From Escherichia phage slur09, in the sequence record NC_028840.1: 64,000 nt of DNA; one strand, written 5' to 3'. Shown here one piece after another: positions 29,885-39,914 of this stretch; position 1 is the stretch's first letter; the number at the start of each line of letters is the position of its first letter. The notes beneath the pieces are model-generated. The model was not told the origin of the DNA. It saw only the letters and a list, made by a program, of their open reading frames with translations, and ran no database searches. The translations under genes and the position numbers were made by a program.

Positions 29885-31759
29885 TTATTTAGCTCGAATA
29901 TCCTGATGTTTCACCCTGCCCATCACCTCGTGCTGTTTGCCAGGGTTAAATGGACGAGCACCCGGATTTCCAAGATACCCACAAACTCGACGAGTTACTT
30001 CAAGAGTTTCGGGGTCATGATTACCACAGATAGGGCACTTAAATCCATCTTCGGATGCTATTGTTTCACCTAAGAATCCACATTTACCACAAGAATCCAC
30101 TGGAGTATTAATACCGAAGTAATGAACCTTACTAGCAGCATAATTAATAACCCATTCCAATGCATCTGGGAATCGTTTCATATCCGGTAATTCTACGTAG
30201 GAAATACACCCACCAGAAGCAATCGGAGTAAAGTTAGACTCATAATCAAATTTCACGTTAGGAGCAACTTTACGTTCCACATCAAGGTGGTGAGAGTTAG
30301 TGTAGTACCCTTTGGACAGAATATCTTCATGCTCCGGGAAATATTCACGGTCTAGACGACAAAAACGGTCACATAGGGATTCTGATGGTGTAGCATACAG
30401 GCTATAACCTAATTTAGTTTCTTCCTTCTTCTGATCGACTCTATCTCGCATGTACTGCAATACACGCTGAACAAACTTGATGCAGGTCTCGGACATTGTG
30501 TCTACATCTTTGCCAAACATGAACTGTAGCATTTCATGGCAACCAATATACCCTAGAGATACAGAAGCACGGTTATAGAAATGATCGAATACATACTCAT
30601 CAGGCCCTAAGCGTAATCCAAAGGCTCCTGACATATAGAGGATGGGTGCGGCTTTAGCTTGAATGTATTTTAAGCGATCAACTCTCCACTCCAATGCTTT
30701 TAACGCTGTATCCACACGTAGCTCAAGCAAATCAAAGAATAGATCAATATTCCCTTCAGCTTCGATAGCAATTCTAGGCAAGTTTACAGAAACAACACCT
30801 AAGTTATTACGGCCGGCAGTTTCACCATCTTCTGTAGCAGCTAGGAATGAACGGCAGCCCATAGAAACTTTGTAGTCTCCAGTAACTTCTACAACCTTGT
30901 CATAGCTGATATAATCTGGATACATACGTTCAGCAGTACATTTCATAGCTAACTTCTTGATGTCATAATTAACATCTCCTGGTTTCATATTTACACCATC
31001 ACGAAGTACAAATACCAGTTTCGGGAAGATAGCTGTACGTTTATTGATACCTAAGCCATCCATGCGTACTTTCAGTATTGCTTTCTGTACTAGACGTGCT
31101 TCCCAAGAAGTTCCTAGACCAAAACCAAAGGTAATAAATGGACTCTGACCATTAGAGTTGAACATGGTATTGATTTCATATTCTAAACCCTGACAAGCGT
31201 CATAGACTTCTTTTTCAGTCATCTCCGTAGCCATTACGGATGCTTTGGCTTCATCCTTAGTCCAACGTTTTGCAAACGCATGATTTTTATCATAGGATTT
31301 ACGAACATAAGGGGCTAATACTTCATCAAGGCGATCCACAGAAGTACCACCATACTGATGGGAGCTAACTTGAGTGATAATCTGAGCAGTAATAGCCGCC
31401 GCAGTAGTGATAGAATTTGGAGTGCTAATTTCAGCATTACCAACCTTCATACCATTCTTTAACATATCTTCCAGAGCTACCAGACAACAATTAGTCATGC
31501 CTAATGCAGCATAATCAGCATCATGGAAATGAATATCCCCAATCATATGAGCATTTCGAATCTGAATTGGCATTTCTTCTAGAATCAGATACTTACTCAA
31601 TTCGCCTGCAAGCATATCCCTTTGTGTAGGGAAACGTTCTGAGGGTTTATTGGCATTATTAAATAGCAGTTCTTCATCTGCTGACCCTTCGATAATCTCT
31701 TTGCAGTTTCTAATTAACGCCTGCATTTCTTTATATTTTAGTTCTTCATTACGATTCAT
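29885..31759 (-). CDS. nrdD: anaerobic ribonucleoside-triphosphate reductase (class III RNR)
   Basis: 624 aa; C-terminal glycyl-radical motif RVCGYLG and CxxC zinc site (CGKCG...CPICG). Confidence 0.92.
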   Translation of the reverse strand: MNRNEELKYKEMQALIRNCKEIIEGSADEELLFNNANKPSERFPTQRDMLAGELSKYLILEEMPIQIRNAHMIGDIHFHDADYAALGMTNCCLVALEDMLKNGMKVGNAEISTPNSITTAAAITAQIITQVSSHQYGGTSVDRLDEVLAPYVRKSYDKNHAFAKRWTKDEAKASVMATEMTEKEVYDACQGLEYEINTMFNSNGQSPFITFGFGLGTSWEARLVQKAILKVRMDGLGINKRTAIFPKLVFVLRDGVNMKPGDVNYDIKKLAMKCTAERMYPDYISYDKVVEVTGDYKVSMGCRSFLAATEDGETAGRNNLGVVSVNLPRIAIEAEGNIDLFFDLLELRVDTALKALEWRVDRLKYIQAKAAPILYMSGAFGLRLGPDEYVFDHFYNRASVSLGYIGCHEMLQFMFGKDVDTMSETCIKFVQRVLQYMRDRVDQKKEETKLGYSLYATPSESLCDRFCRLDREYFPEHEDILSKGYYTNSHHLDVERKVAPNVKFDYESNFTPIASGGCISYVELPDMKRFPDALEWVINYAASKVHYFGINTPVDSCGKCGFLGETIASEDGFKCPICGNHDPETLEVTRRVCGYLGNPGARPFNPGKQHEVMGRVKHQDIRAK

Positions 31760-31788
31760 TATACTCTCCTTCTCTAACTAAGACTACT

Positions 31789-31817
31789 ATTATAACTCAT
31801 TCGAGGGCGGATGTCAA
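31789..31817 (-). promoter_or_regulatory. consensus sigma70 promoter for nrdD (TTGACA-N17-TATAAT, minus strand)
   Basis: Perfect -35 and -10 hexamers with 17-bp spacer, about 30 bp upstream of the nrdD start; RBS AGGAG follows. Confidence 0.65.
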
Positions 31818-32009
31818 CAATATTTTACTGTAAAGTTCTGTAACATGATCTGAGTCAAAAAATTTTATTTGCCAACCTCTATTAAAAATCGTATAATCAC
31901 GCACTCGTGTATGCGATATAAAATGATTATCTAGTATCACACATCTCCCGTTAAAAGCAAGCAAATTTTTTATTTAAATGCAATATCATAGGCTTATTTA
32001 AAATTGTAG

Positions 32010-32038
32010 TTGCTTTTTACTGTATATATTGGTATAAT
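32010..32038 (+). promoter_or_regulatory. T5-type early promoter upstream of phoH
   Basis: TTGCTT-N17-TATAAT. Confidence 0.6.
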
Positions 32039-32111
32039 ATATTTGTAAGTTGATAAACAAGATCTTTTTGTTGATCCTCTGTTAGCGAAGTACACTATAG
32101 GAGTGTTATTT

Positions 32112-32864
32112 ATGGGAAAAGCACGTCAAAAAAGAGAGAACCGCAATGGTTCAAGAAAGCGTGGCAACAAATATGAGAATAACGTAATTCAGGCTGATTT
32201 TTCTAATGATTACGCTAACCCAGTTGCTAAATCCCTAGTAGGTAAAAACCGCGAGCAAAAATCATATATCAATATGATCAAGAACAACACAGTGACTGTG
32301 GGTATCGGTGAGCCAGGTACTGGTAAAACTTTTATTCCGTCCGTTCTTGCAGCTCAGGAACTCGTAGACATTCACTCAGATATTGAGCAAGTGATTCTCG
32401 TACGTCCTAATGAACCTCTAGGTAAGTCTCTTGGTATGCTTCCTGGTGATCTAGCGGAAAAGCTAGAGCCTTGGTTGGAGCCAATAGCTGATGGTATGAA
32501 ATGGGCCATCGGCGATCATGCATATAAAGGATATGTCGAACGTCAGAAAATTAAATTTTTGGCTATCGAACATGCTCGTGGCAGAACTTTCAACAACTCC
32601 TATGTAATTGTCGATGAAGCTCAGAATATTTCCGTTGAGGCAATGATTTGTCTCCTAACTCGTGTAGGACAAGACTGCCGTTTAATTATCTGCGGAGATA
32701 TAGCTCAGAAAGACATTAAAGGTGACTCAGGTCTAGCACTCCTTATGGAAGTCTATGAAAAATACGAAAATGCCCCATTCTCAATGATCGAATTGATTGA
32801 TAACGTTCGTTCTATTGAGTCTAAAGCATTCTATGATATTTTTAAAGACATGGGGAAGGTGTAA
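32112..32864 (+). CDS. phoH: PhoH-like ATPase
   Basis: Walker A GEPGTGKT, Walker B IVDEAQN; start at ATG 32112 after AGGAG RBS (ORF track starts at 32103). Confidence 0.85.
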   Translation: MGKARQKRENRNGSRKRGNKYENNVIQADFSNDYANPVAKSLVGKNREQKSYINMIKNNTVTVGIGEPGTGKTFIPSVLAAQELVDIHSDIEQVILVRPNEPLGKSLGMLPGDLAEKLEPWLEPIADGMKWAIGDHAYKGYVERQKIKFLAIEHARGRTFNNSYVIVDEAQNISVEAMICLLTRVGQDCRLIICGDIAQKDIKGDSGLALLMEVYEKYENAPFSMIELIDNVRSIESKAFYDIFKDMGKV

Positions 32865-32865
32865 T

Positions 32866-33087
32866 ATGGGAAACGTCGTTCATCTGAGCCGTAAAACTAA
32901 AATACATCGTACTTCACTGAGTGCTGCTAATATGATTACACGTAAGGAAGGGGAAGAAAGTCCTAAGACAACCCTAGCGTGGAAAATTGTAACCTCAAAT
33001 CCAAATAAACCATTCAACTATAACGAGCTGAGCACCTCCATAGATATTCTATTAAAAGAAGTAGCTAGAGCTAAAGTAATTGAATAA
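32866..33087 (+). CDS. hypothetical small protein
   Basis: ATG overlapping the phoH stop (TAATATG); longer ORF in track starts inside phoH. Confidence 0.4.
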   Translation: MGNVVHLSRKTKIHRTSLSAANMITRKEGEESPKTTLAWKIVTSNPNKPFNYNELSTSIDILLKEVARAKVIE

Positions 33088-33229
33088 GCTAAAAAGCTAG
33101 ACTGGTAGTATACAGGGCCTGGGTATGAAAATACTCGGGCCTTTTCTATCAGAAAATTTTATTTGCCTAATGACCGATAATAAAGTAGAATATTCCTTAA
33201 ATCCTGATAACTATAAAAAGGAAAGCCAA

Positions 33230-35560
33230 ATGAGCCATCGCATTGAAAAAGTAATTAAACGTGACGGTACTGTAGAAGACTTTGCTCCTGAAAAACTCAA
33301 TGGTTGGGCAGAGTATGGTTGCAAAACAGTTGATGTAAGTTGGTCAGCCATTACTATGGCTGCTCAAAAAACTCTGCCTAAAGGGGTTGTAGATTCCGAC
33401 ACTCTGATGGATGCATTAATTAAAGCTGCTGAAAGTCTTATCAAAGATAATCCAGCATATGATGTGCCGGCAAAGGAATTACGTCTTGCGCAAATGCGTA
33501 AACGCCTTTATGATTCTTTCGAACCACCTTCTCTACGCTTCTTCCATGACCATATGGTTAGCGTAGGTGCATGGGAAGACATGAGTGCATGGATTACCGA
33601 TGAGCAATTTGAAGCTCTGAATCAGGTTATCGACCATGATCGTGACCGTCTTTTTACTAGTGGTGGGCTAAAGCAGTTCTTTGATAAGTATTCCCGTCGT
33701 AACATAGCCACTGGTGAAATTTATGAAACTCCGCAGTTTGCCTACATGGGTATGGCAATGGCGATGCTATCTCAACCTAACTGGACAATTCTAGATGCAA
33801 TCGACCTCTACAACGCAATGTCACTCCACAAAATCAACGTTCCTACGCCGCCACTGGTTGGTCTGCGCTCTAGTGACCGTGGATTTGCTAGTTGCTGCCT
33901 CGTGGATTCCACTGACACGTTGGATTCAATCGACACCGCCGAGCACATCGTCTTCAAAATGGTCGCAGCCAGAGCGGGAATCGGGTATCATCTTGAAAGC
34001 CGATCAATTGCTGATCCGGTGCGAAATGGGGCATTCCCGCATTCCGGAAAACTGCCATATTATCGACACATTGACCGCTCAGTAAAGGCCAATACTCAGC
34101 AAACTCGTGGTGGTTCTGCCACAGTGTCTTATCCGTACTTCGACCCTGAAATCATTCAATTGATGCAGGTTAAGCAACAACGTGCTACAGATGAGAATAA
34201 AATCGATAAGATGGATTATTCTCTGAGCTTTAACAATCTTTTGTTAAAACGTTATCTTAAAAACGAAGATATTACGCTAATGTCATACTTCTATGCTCCA
34301 GAAGTTCATGAAGCGTTTTATAGTGATGACGAGGCTAAATTTGAAGAAATCTACGTGGCAGCGGAGAAACGTGTGGCATCTCTTACAAAGATCGACCACG
34401 AAGGAAAAACAGTTCCTGCAGCTCCTAAAGTCTCTGCAAAAGAAATTCTAGATACTTGGCTACGTATCCGAATGGAAACAGGACGTATGTATGCTCATCA
34501 CATTGGGGAATCTAATCGTCACGGTAACTTTCTTGATCCGATCCGTATGACAAACCTTTGTGTTGAAATTACTCAGCCTACACGCCCGTTCCATCATATC
34601 ACAGAGCTGTATAAGACAAAAGAGCAGCTTGATCAAATGAAGCCGGAGGATATTGGTGAAGTATCTCTGTGTAACTTAGGTGGTGTTGTACTTGGACGCA
34701 TGGAATCTCTGGCTGAGTGGGAAAAAACTTGCTACATCCTTCTGAAATTCGTTGATACAATTATTGAAATTCAGGATTATCCGTTCCCAACTATGGAATA
34801 TACGGCTAAGAAACGTCGTAATGTTGGTATTGGCCTGATGAACGCAGCAGGTGCAATGGCAGCAGAAGGTCTGGCTTATGAAGGTATTGAAGCCCGTAAC
34901 TGGATTCACCGTGAGGCTGAAAAACTGTCTTACTTCCTGCATAAAGCCTCTGTACGCCTAGCTAAAGAACAGGGTGCATGTGAGTGGTTTGATCGTACTA
35001 AACCGTCTAAAGGAATTCTGGTAATCGACACGTACAAGAAAACTGTTGATGAACTGGTATCCGTAGGTCTAGAAATGGATTGGGAGTCTCTGCGTGCAGA
35101 TATTCTGAAATATGGTATGCGTAACTCTGTTCTGACTGCTCAGATGCCAGGAGAAAGTTCTTCTGTTCTGCTAGGAGTTACTAACTCTATCGAACCGCCT
35201 CGTAAGATTGTATCTATCAAGGGTAGTGCAGTAAATAAAGTAATTGCAATTGCTCCAGGTGCAACCGATTGGGAAACGTTAATGAGCTATAAACTGGCTT
35301 ATGACATTGATAGGGTAGAGTATATTAAGTGGAATGCTGTTTACCAGAAGTTCCTGAATCAGTCTTCAAGCTTCCAGTCGTATTATGACTACTCTAAATT
35401 CGAGAATGAAATCATTCCAGGCCCAGTAGTAGTTCGTGACTTCATGATCGCTGTTAAGTATGGTATAAAAACTTGGTATTATGCTAATTTTAACACTGAA
35501 AATGGTGGTGGAGCTGGTGAAGAAGCAGTAGGTTGTGCATCAGGAGGCTGTCAGTTATAA
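33230..35560 (+). CDS. nrdA: ribonucleoside-diphosphate reductase alpha subunit (class Ia)
   Basis: ATP-cone N-terminus (MSHRIEKVIKRDGTVEDF), catalytic Cys motifs (NLCVEI, SLCNLG) and C-terminal Cys pair; start set at the internal ATG after AGGAAAG (ORF track starts at 33125). Confidence 0.9.
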   Translation: MSHRIEKVIKRDGTVEDFAPEKLNGWAEYGCKTVDVSWSAITMAAQKTLPKGVVDSDTLMDALIKAAESLIKDNPAYDVPAKELRLAQMRKRLYDSFEPPSLRFFHDHMVSVGAWEDMSAWITDEQFEALNQVIDHDRDRLFTSGGLKQFFDKYSRRNIATGEIYETPQFAYMGMAMAMLSQPNWTILDAIDLYNAMSLHKINVPTPPLVGLRSSDRGFASCCLVDSTDTLDSIDTAEHIVFKMVAARAGIGYHLESRSIADPVRNGAFPHSGKLPYYRHIDRSVKANTQQTRGGSATVSYPYFDPEIIQLMQVKQQRATDENKIDKMDYSLSFNNLLLKRYLKNEDITLMSYFYAPEVHEAFYSDDEAKFEEIYVAAEKRVASLTKIDHEGKTVPAAPKVSAKEILDTWLRIRMETGRMYAHHIGESNRHGNFLDPIRMTNLCVEITQPTRPFHHITELYKTKEQLDQMKPEDIGEVSLCNLGGVVLGRMESLAEWEKTCYILLKFVDTIIEIQDYPFPTMEYTAKKRRNVGIGLMNAAGAMAAEGLAYEGIEARNWIHREAEKLSYFLHKASVRLAKEQGACEWFDRTKPSKGILVIDTYKKTVDELVSVGLEMDWESLRADILKYGMRNSVLTAQMPGESSSVLLGVTNSIEPPRKIVSIKGSAVNKVIAIAPGATDWETLMSYKLAYDIDRVEYIKWNAVYQKFLNQSSSFQSYYDYSKFENEIIPGPVVVRDFMIAVKYGIKTWYYANFNTENGGGAGEEAVGCASGGCQL

Positions 35561-35568
35561 TAAAAACA

Positions 35569-35594
35569 AGGAGATCTTCGGGTCTCCTTTTTCT
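35569..35594 (+). terminator. Rho-independent terminator after nrdA
   Basis: Hairpin AGGAGATC-TTCG-GGTCTCCT plus T-run. Confidence 0.7.
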
Positions 35595-35606
35595 TTGAAA
35601 TTTTAC

Positions 35607-35635
35607 TTGCTAATCGCTACCAGATTTGCTATAAT
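35607..35635 (+). promoter_or_regulatory. T5-type promoter upstream of nrdB
   Basis: TTGCTA-N17-TATAAT. Confidence 0.6.
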
Positions 35636-35666
35636 ATTCCTGAAATAGTGAGAAAGAGGAAAATCA

Positions 35667-36812
35667 ATGACTACTTTACTAAACCTGAATTGGGATCATA
35701 CTAACGCTGACCTTTTCCTGGGAGATTCTCTCGGTATCGCAGATTATGTACGTGTAGCACATCCAGAACTAGAACGTCTGGCACTTCTGCAACGCTCTCA
35801 ATTTTGGACTGAAACTGAAATCAGTCTGGAAGCAGATAAGAAACAATGGCCTAATCTCCCACGGGAAATTCAGGAAATTACACTCCTGAACTTAGCATGG
35901 CAGACTCAAACAGATTCCTTTATCAGTCGTGCTCCTGAAGCAGCTATTATGCCGCTTGTAAGTCGTCCAGAATTGGAAGGTATGCTCAAGCAGTGGAGCT
36001 ACTTCGAAGATCTGCATAGTCGTGCTTATAGCAATATTATTCGTAATGTGCTAACTGATCCAGCAGAATTTATTGATTCTGTAACCAAAAACCAAGAAGC
36101 ATTCGCCCGTATCGCTGATTCTGTTGAACTATTCGATGAGCTATATCAGTTAGGTCAGTATTTCATCGCAGTACGCGATCATCGTGGCGACAATACATAT
36201 CCAGAAACTGAGTTCCCTGAAGTTAAACGTGAAACTCAGGCTAAGCTATTAGATGCTTACTTTGCGATCTACGGTCTGGAAGCAATGCAGTTTTACGCAT
36301 CCTTTGCATGTACCTTTGCATTAGCAGAGAACGATATTCTGCAAGGTATTGCTAAAAATCTGCAATTAATCGCTAAAGATGAAGCTCTGCACACTCAGAT
36401 GTCCAAAGCAATCATCCAGATTATGTTCCAGCAGTTTGACAAAGATCTGGTGGATGAAGCATTGGCTAAAGCACCAGCACAGCTCCTGAAAACTCTGAAA
36501 ACTGAAATTGAATGGGGTCATTTCATTTTCAAAGGTCGTAGTCTGATTGGTTTGAACGCAGAACTTCTAGAAGAGTACCTATATTTTGTGGGGCGTAATG
36601 CGTTTATGCACATTGGGGTAGAATGGCCTAGTCATTTACCAGTAATCACCAAAAACCCTATTCCGTGGATCATGAACTGGTTGGATACCACTTCTTTACA
36701 GCCTGCTCCACAAGAAATCCAGATTGGTGCAGCCTACCGTGTAGGTCAGGTAACTGAGACCTCTACGGATACTCTGAAAGATCTGGGCAATGAATTTGGA
36801 GATTTCTTATGA
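35667..36812 (+). CDS. nrdB: ribonucleoside-diphosphate reductase beta subunit
   Basis: 381 aa; di-iron ligand pattern (EALH, ENDILQ) and tyrosyl radical region. Confidence 0.9.
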   Translation: MTTLLNLNWDHTNADLFLGDSLGIADYVRVAHPELERLALLQRSQFWTETEISLEADKKQWPNLPREIQEITLLNLAWQTQTDSFISRAPEAAIMPLVSRPELEGMLKQWSYFEDLHSRAYSNIIRNVLTDPAEFIDSVTKNQEAFARIADSVELFDELYQLGQYFIAVRDHRGDNTYPETEFPEVKRETQAKLLDAYFAIYGLEAMQFYASFACTFALAENDILQGIAKNLQLIAKDEALHTQMSKAIIQIMFQQFDKDLVDEALAKAPAQLLKTLKTEIEWGHFIFKGRSLIGLNAELLEEYLYFVGRNAFMHIGVEWPSHLPVITKNPIPWIMNWLDTTSLQPAPQEIQIGAAYRVGQVTETSTDTLKDLGNEFGDFL

Positions 36813-37342
36813 TAACGGCATTATATGCAGTTGGGCCGAATGGGGAGTTCGGCCTCCGAGGTAAACTCCCCTGGGGTTCCTTCAAAGAAGAACTAGATGC
36901 TTTCTACTCCCAACTGGACGTGTTGAACCCAGATAACATCATCATTGGTGCGGGTACTTATTTAGCACTTCCAGAAGTTGTTCGGCAACGTATGATTGGA
37001 GAATCTGACCTCTTTATTCGTGCGGATCGTCCTCTGCCTGATGATATTAAACATGGTATCTATACCCCGATTTCAAAGATTGGGGATACATTACCTACTT
37101 TCTTAAAAGATCAGCAGACAGTGGTTTTAGGTGGCGCAACATTACTATACGAAATGTATATTCATGGACATATTGAAAGTGCTTTTGTATCCACAATCTT
37201 TAGTAATCAAAAACTAGAGGCAGATGTACATCTGGATAATATGATTCTAGATTACAACTATGAATCTACTCGTTTAGTTTACGCAACTGGCGCAAACAGT
37301 GATAACAGCCTGCGATTTGTACAGGAATTGGTTACTTATTAA
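36809..37342 (+). CDS. frd: dihydrofolate reductase
   Basis: 177 aa; position between nrdB and thyA, DHFR-like N-terminus (ITALYAVGPNGEFG); overlaps the nrdB stop (ATGA). Confidence 0.75.
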   Translation: MITALYAVGPNGEFGLRGKLPWGSFKEELDAFYSQLDVLNPDNIIIGAGTYLALPEVVRQRMIGESDLFIRADRPLPDDIKHGIYTPISKIGDTLPTFLKDQQTVVLGGATLLYEMYIHGHIESAFVSTIFSNQKLEADVHLDNMILDYNYESTRLVYATGANSDNSLRFVQELVTY

Positions 37343-38181
37343 TGCAACAATATTTAAAAATTCTAACAGATGTAATTCTACTAGGTGAACCACGTAACGA
37401 TCGTACAGGAACAGGCACAGTTTCAATTTTTGATTCCTATGCTAAGTTCGATTTACGTGAGGGATTCCCAGCTGTAACTACTAAACGTCTAGCTTGGAAA
37501 TCGGTAGTTGGAGAACTCTTATGGTTTTTATCTGGATCTACAAATCTCCATGATCTACGAGTATTCACATTTGGGCGTGACGAAGGACAGTGGACTATCT
37601 GGACTCCAAATTATGAAGACCAAGCCATAAGCATGGGTTATGACAGAGGTAATCTGGGGCCAGTATATGGTAAACAATGGCGCAACTTTGGTGGACGAGA
37701 TCAGATCCTAGAACTCATTGAGGGTCTCAAGAATAATCCACATGGTCGTAGACACCTAGTATCTGCATGGAACGTAGCTGAACTGGATAAGATGGCATTA
37801 CCACCATGTCACTATGGTTTCCAATGTTACGTAAGTAATGATGGATACTTAGATCTTAAATGGACACAACGTTCTGTAGACTGTTTTCTAGGTCTGCCTT
37901 TCAATATTGCTAGCTATGCTTTATTAACACATATCCTGGCAAAACTGACTGGATTAAAACCCCGTTATCTTATCTTTAGTGGGGGAGATACGCATATTTA
38001 TAGTGATCATATAGAGCAAGTAGAGGAGCAAATGAAACGTAAACCACGTCCTTTGCCAACTCTAGTAATGCCAGAATTTGTAGATCTCTATGATTTATTA
38101 GAGAATAATACTGCGGCTTGGTCCTTCCAACTTGAAGGATATGATCCACATCCAGCTCTTAAAGCTAAAATGTCCTCTTAA
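37342..38181 (+). CDS. thyA: thymidylate synthase
   Basis: 279 aa; active-site LPPCHYGFQCYV motif and DRTGTGT N-terminal motif. Confidence 0.92.
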   Translation: MQQYLKILTDVILLGEPRNDRTGTGTVSIFDSYAKFDLREGFPAVTTKRLAWKSVVGELLWFLSGSTNLHDLRVFTFGRDEGQWTIWTPNYEDQAISMGYDRGNLGPVYGKQWRNFGGRDQILELIEGLKNNPHGRRHLVSAWNVAELDKMALPPCHYGFQCYVSNDGYLDLKWTQRSVDCFLGLPFNIASYALLTHILAKLTGLKPRYLIFSGGDTHIYSDHIEQVEEQMKRKPRPLPTLVMPEFVDLYDLLENNTAAWSFQLEGYDPHPALKAKMSS

Positions 38182-38187
38182 CTTAAG

Positions 38188-38212
38188 TAGCCCTTCGGGG
38201 CTATTATATTTA
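38188..38212 (+). terminator. terminator hairpin after thyA (AGCCC-TTCG-GGGCT)
   Basis: GC stem with TTCG loop followed by T-rich tract. Confidence 0.6.
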
Positions 38213-38220
38213 AATTTCAT

Positions 38221-38249
38221 TTGCTTATTTAGTGAAATTTAAATATAAT
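38221..38249 (+). promoter_or_regulatory. T5-type promoter
   Basis: TTGCTT-N17-TATAAT. Confidence 0.6.
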
Positions 38250-38274
38250 ATATTTTATAAATTGGAGGTATATA

Positions 38275-38556
38275 ATGATCTCAGCCAAAGAAGCTCAAGA
38301 ACTTGCAGGATTAACAGAAGTACCCGCATTTCTAAAGTTTATAGAAGAAAAGATTGTAGAAGCTGCTAAGTCTGGAAATACAGAAGTAATTATTCGAGAT
38401 AATCCTTACGCTAGGTGGCTATATAATCCTAGAGAAATGCCAGGAGCAGCTAAATCGGTACTAAAAACCTTATCGGATAAGGGGTATCATCTCTCACAAT
38501 ACTACCGAGAAGCCGCCTTTGTAGACATGGGTCTTAAAATTAGTTGGGAGGTATAA
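38275..38556 (+). CDS. hypothetical protein
   Basis: ORF track, 93 aa, GGAGG RBS. Confidence 0.5.
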   Translation: MISAKEAQELAGLTEVPAFLKFIEEKIVEAAKSGNTEVIIRDNPYARWLYNPREMPGAAKSVLKTLSDKGYHLSQYYREAAFVDMGLKISWEV

Positions 38557-39032
38557 TGTCGGTTTTCCACATTTACACAGATGGTGCTTGTAAGTCTAAC
38601 CCAGGTCCAGGTGCTTGGGGTTTTATTGTCTATGATGATAACGACGATCGTTTAGGTTCTAAATCTGGTTATAGTCCTAAAACTACAAATAATGAGATGG
38701 AACTCACAGCTATTGTAGAAGCTCTACGTTGGTCTGTTAAAAAAGATAATAGACCAATTGCTATCTATACTGACTCTGCTTATTGCAAAAATGGCATGGA
38801 AAGTTGGATGTTTTCTTGGCAAAGGAAAGGCTGGAAGAAAGCAGATGGTGAAGCTCCTCTTAATCTAGAACTTTGGCAGGAAGCATTTAAATTAACACAG
38901 CAGTATATCAACTTTCATAATACTAACCCTACATTTATTAAGGTTAAAGGACATTCTGGTATTAGTGGTAATGAAGCTGTAGATGCCTTATGTAATACAG
39001 TTATTACTGAAGCTGAAATGGCTGAGATGTGA
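38556..39032 (+). CDS. rnh: ribonuclease H
   Basis: RNase H motifs (IYTDGAC, ELTAI, YTDSAY, GHSG...NE.VD); start at ATG after GGGAGG (ORF track starts at 38544). Confidence 0.85.
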   Translation: MSVFHIYTDGACKSNPGPGAWGFIVYDDNDDRLGSKSGYSPKTTNNEMELTAIVEALRWSVKKDNRPIAIYTDSAYCKNGMESWMFSWQRKGWKKADGEAPLNLELWQEAFKLTQQYINFHNTNPTFIKVKGHSGISGNEAVDALCNTVITEAEMAEM

Positions 39033-39052
39033 TAAATAAATTAAAAATTTTC

Positions 39053-39081
39053 TTGCTTAAAGCCCTCTAATTTAGTATAAT
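39053..39081 (+). promoter_or_regulatory. T5-type promoter, -10 region enclosed by an inverted repeat (AAGCCCTC / GAGGGCTT)
   Basis: TTGCTT-N17-TATAAT; 8-bp inverted repeat arms at about 39060 and 39092. Confidence 0.55.
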
Positions 39082-39108
39082 ATTCGTATTGAAAGTGAGG
39101 AGGGCTTT

Positions 39109-39393
39109 ATGCGGATTTATAACTCAAATTCATTAGGATTTAAACCATTGAGAAAACGTGCACAATCACCTCGTCAAATAAGAAAGGCTAATATTGGTGA
39201 GCCAGAAACACGTCTTCCACCCCCTCCAGAACAACGTTTAGTTTATCTGGACGAAGAATTAGCTGAACGCGAAAGAAAAGCTCAAGAAGAGATTGAGCGT
39301 AAGAAAATGTGTACTGCTCCAGCCTACTCCAAAGGGGCTTATCAGTATATCTATACAGCCGAGGAGGCTAAAGATGCGGGGCGTAAAAAATGA
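39109..39393 (+). CDS. hypothetical protein
   Basis: ORF track, 94 aa. Confidence 0.5.
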   Translation: MRIYNSNSLGFKPLRKRAQSPRQIRKANIGEPETRLPPPPEQRLVYLDEELAERERKAQEEIERKKMCTAPAYSKGAYQYIYTAEEAKDAGRKK

Positions 39394-39839
39394 AGATTAC
39401 TGAATTTAAAGGTGCTTATAGTTTCTTATCAAACTTTTATTTATCACCAATTACTTTCGAATATCTAAATGAAATATGGCATGCTGATACTGTAGAACAT
39501 GCTTTTCAGGCTATGAAATCCGACCAAAAAGATGATGTAGCTCATGTACTGCGCTCCCTAAATGCAGGTGTTGCCAAACGTAGAGGACGTAAATTAACTC
39601 TGCGCTCTGACTGGGATAAGGTAAAAGATGATGTAATGCTAGAGCTTTTACGGTTAAAGTTTGCAATCCCTGATTTGAGAGACAAACTGTTAGCAACAAA
39701 AAATGCAACTTTGATCGAAGGAAATACCTGGGGAGATACATATTGGGGTGTTTGCCGAGGCATCGGGGATAATACTTTAGGAGTTCTTTTGATGCAGGTA
39801 AGGTCTGAAATTAAAAGAAGCTTACAGTTAATAAATTAA
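39390..39839 (+). CDS. NADAR-domain (YbiA/DUF1768-like) protein
   Basis: 149 aa; YSFLSNFY, EHAFQAMK and GNTWGD...YWGV motifs resemble the NADAR family. Confidence 0.6.
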   Translation: MKITEFKGAYSFLSNFYLSPITFEYLNEIWHADTVEHAFQAMKSDQKDDVAHVLRSLNAGVAKRRGRKLTLRSDWDKVKDDVMLELLRLKFAIPDLRDKLLATKNATLIEGNTWGDTYWGVCRGIGDNTLGVLLMQVRSEIKRSLQLIN

Positions 39840-39847
39840 AAATTCAT

Positions 39848-39876
39848 TTGCTAAACGCTTCAAATTCTCGTATAAT
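39848..39876 (+). promoter_or_regulatory. T5-type promoter
   Basis: TTGCTA-N17-TATAAT with downstream CATAAATT. Confidence 0.65.
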
Positions 39877-39914
39877 ATACTTCATAAATTGATAAACAAA
39901 AAGGAAAACAAATA

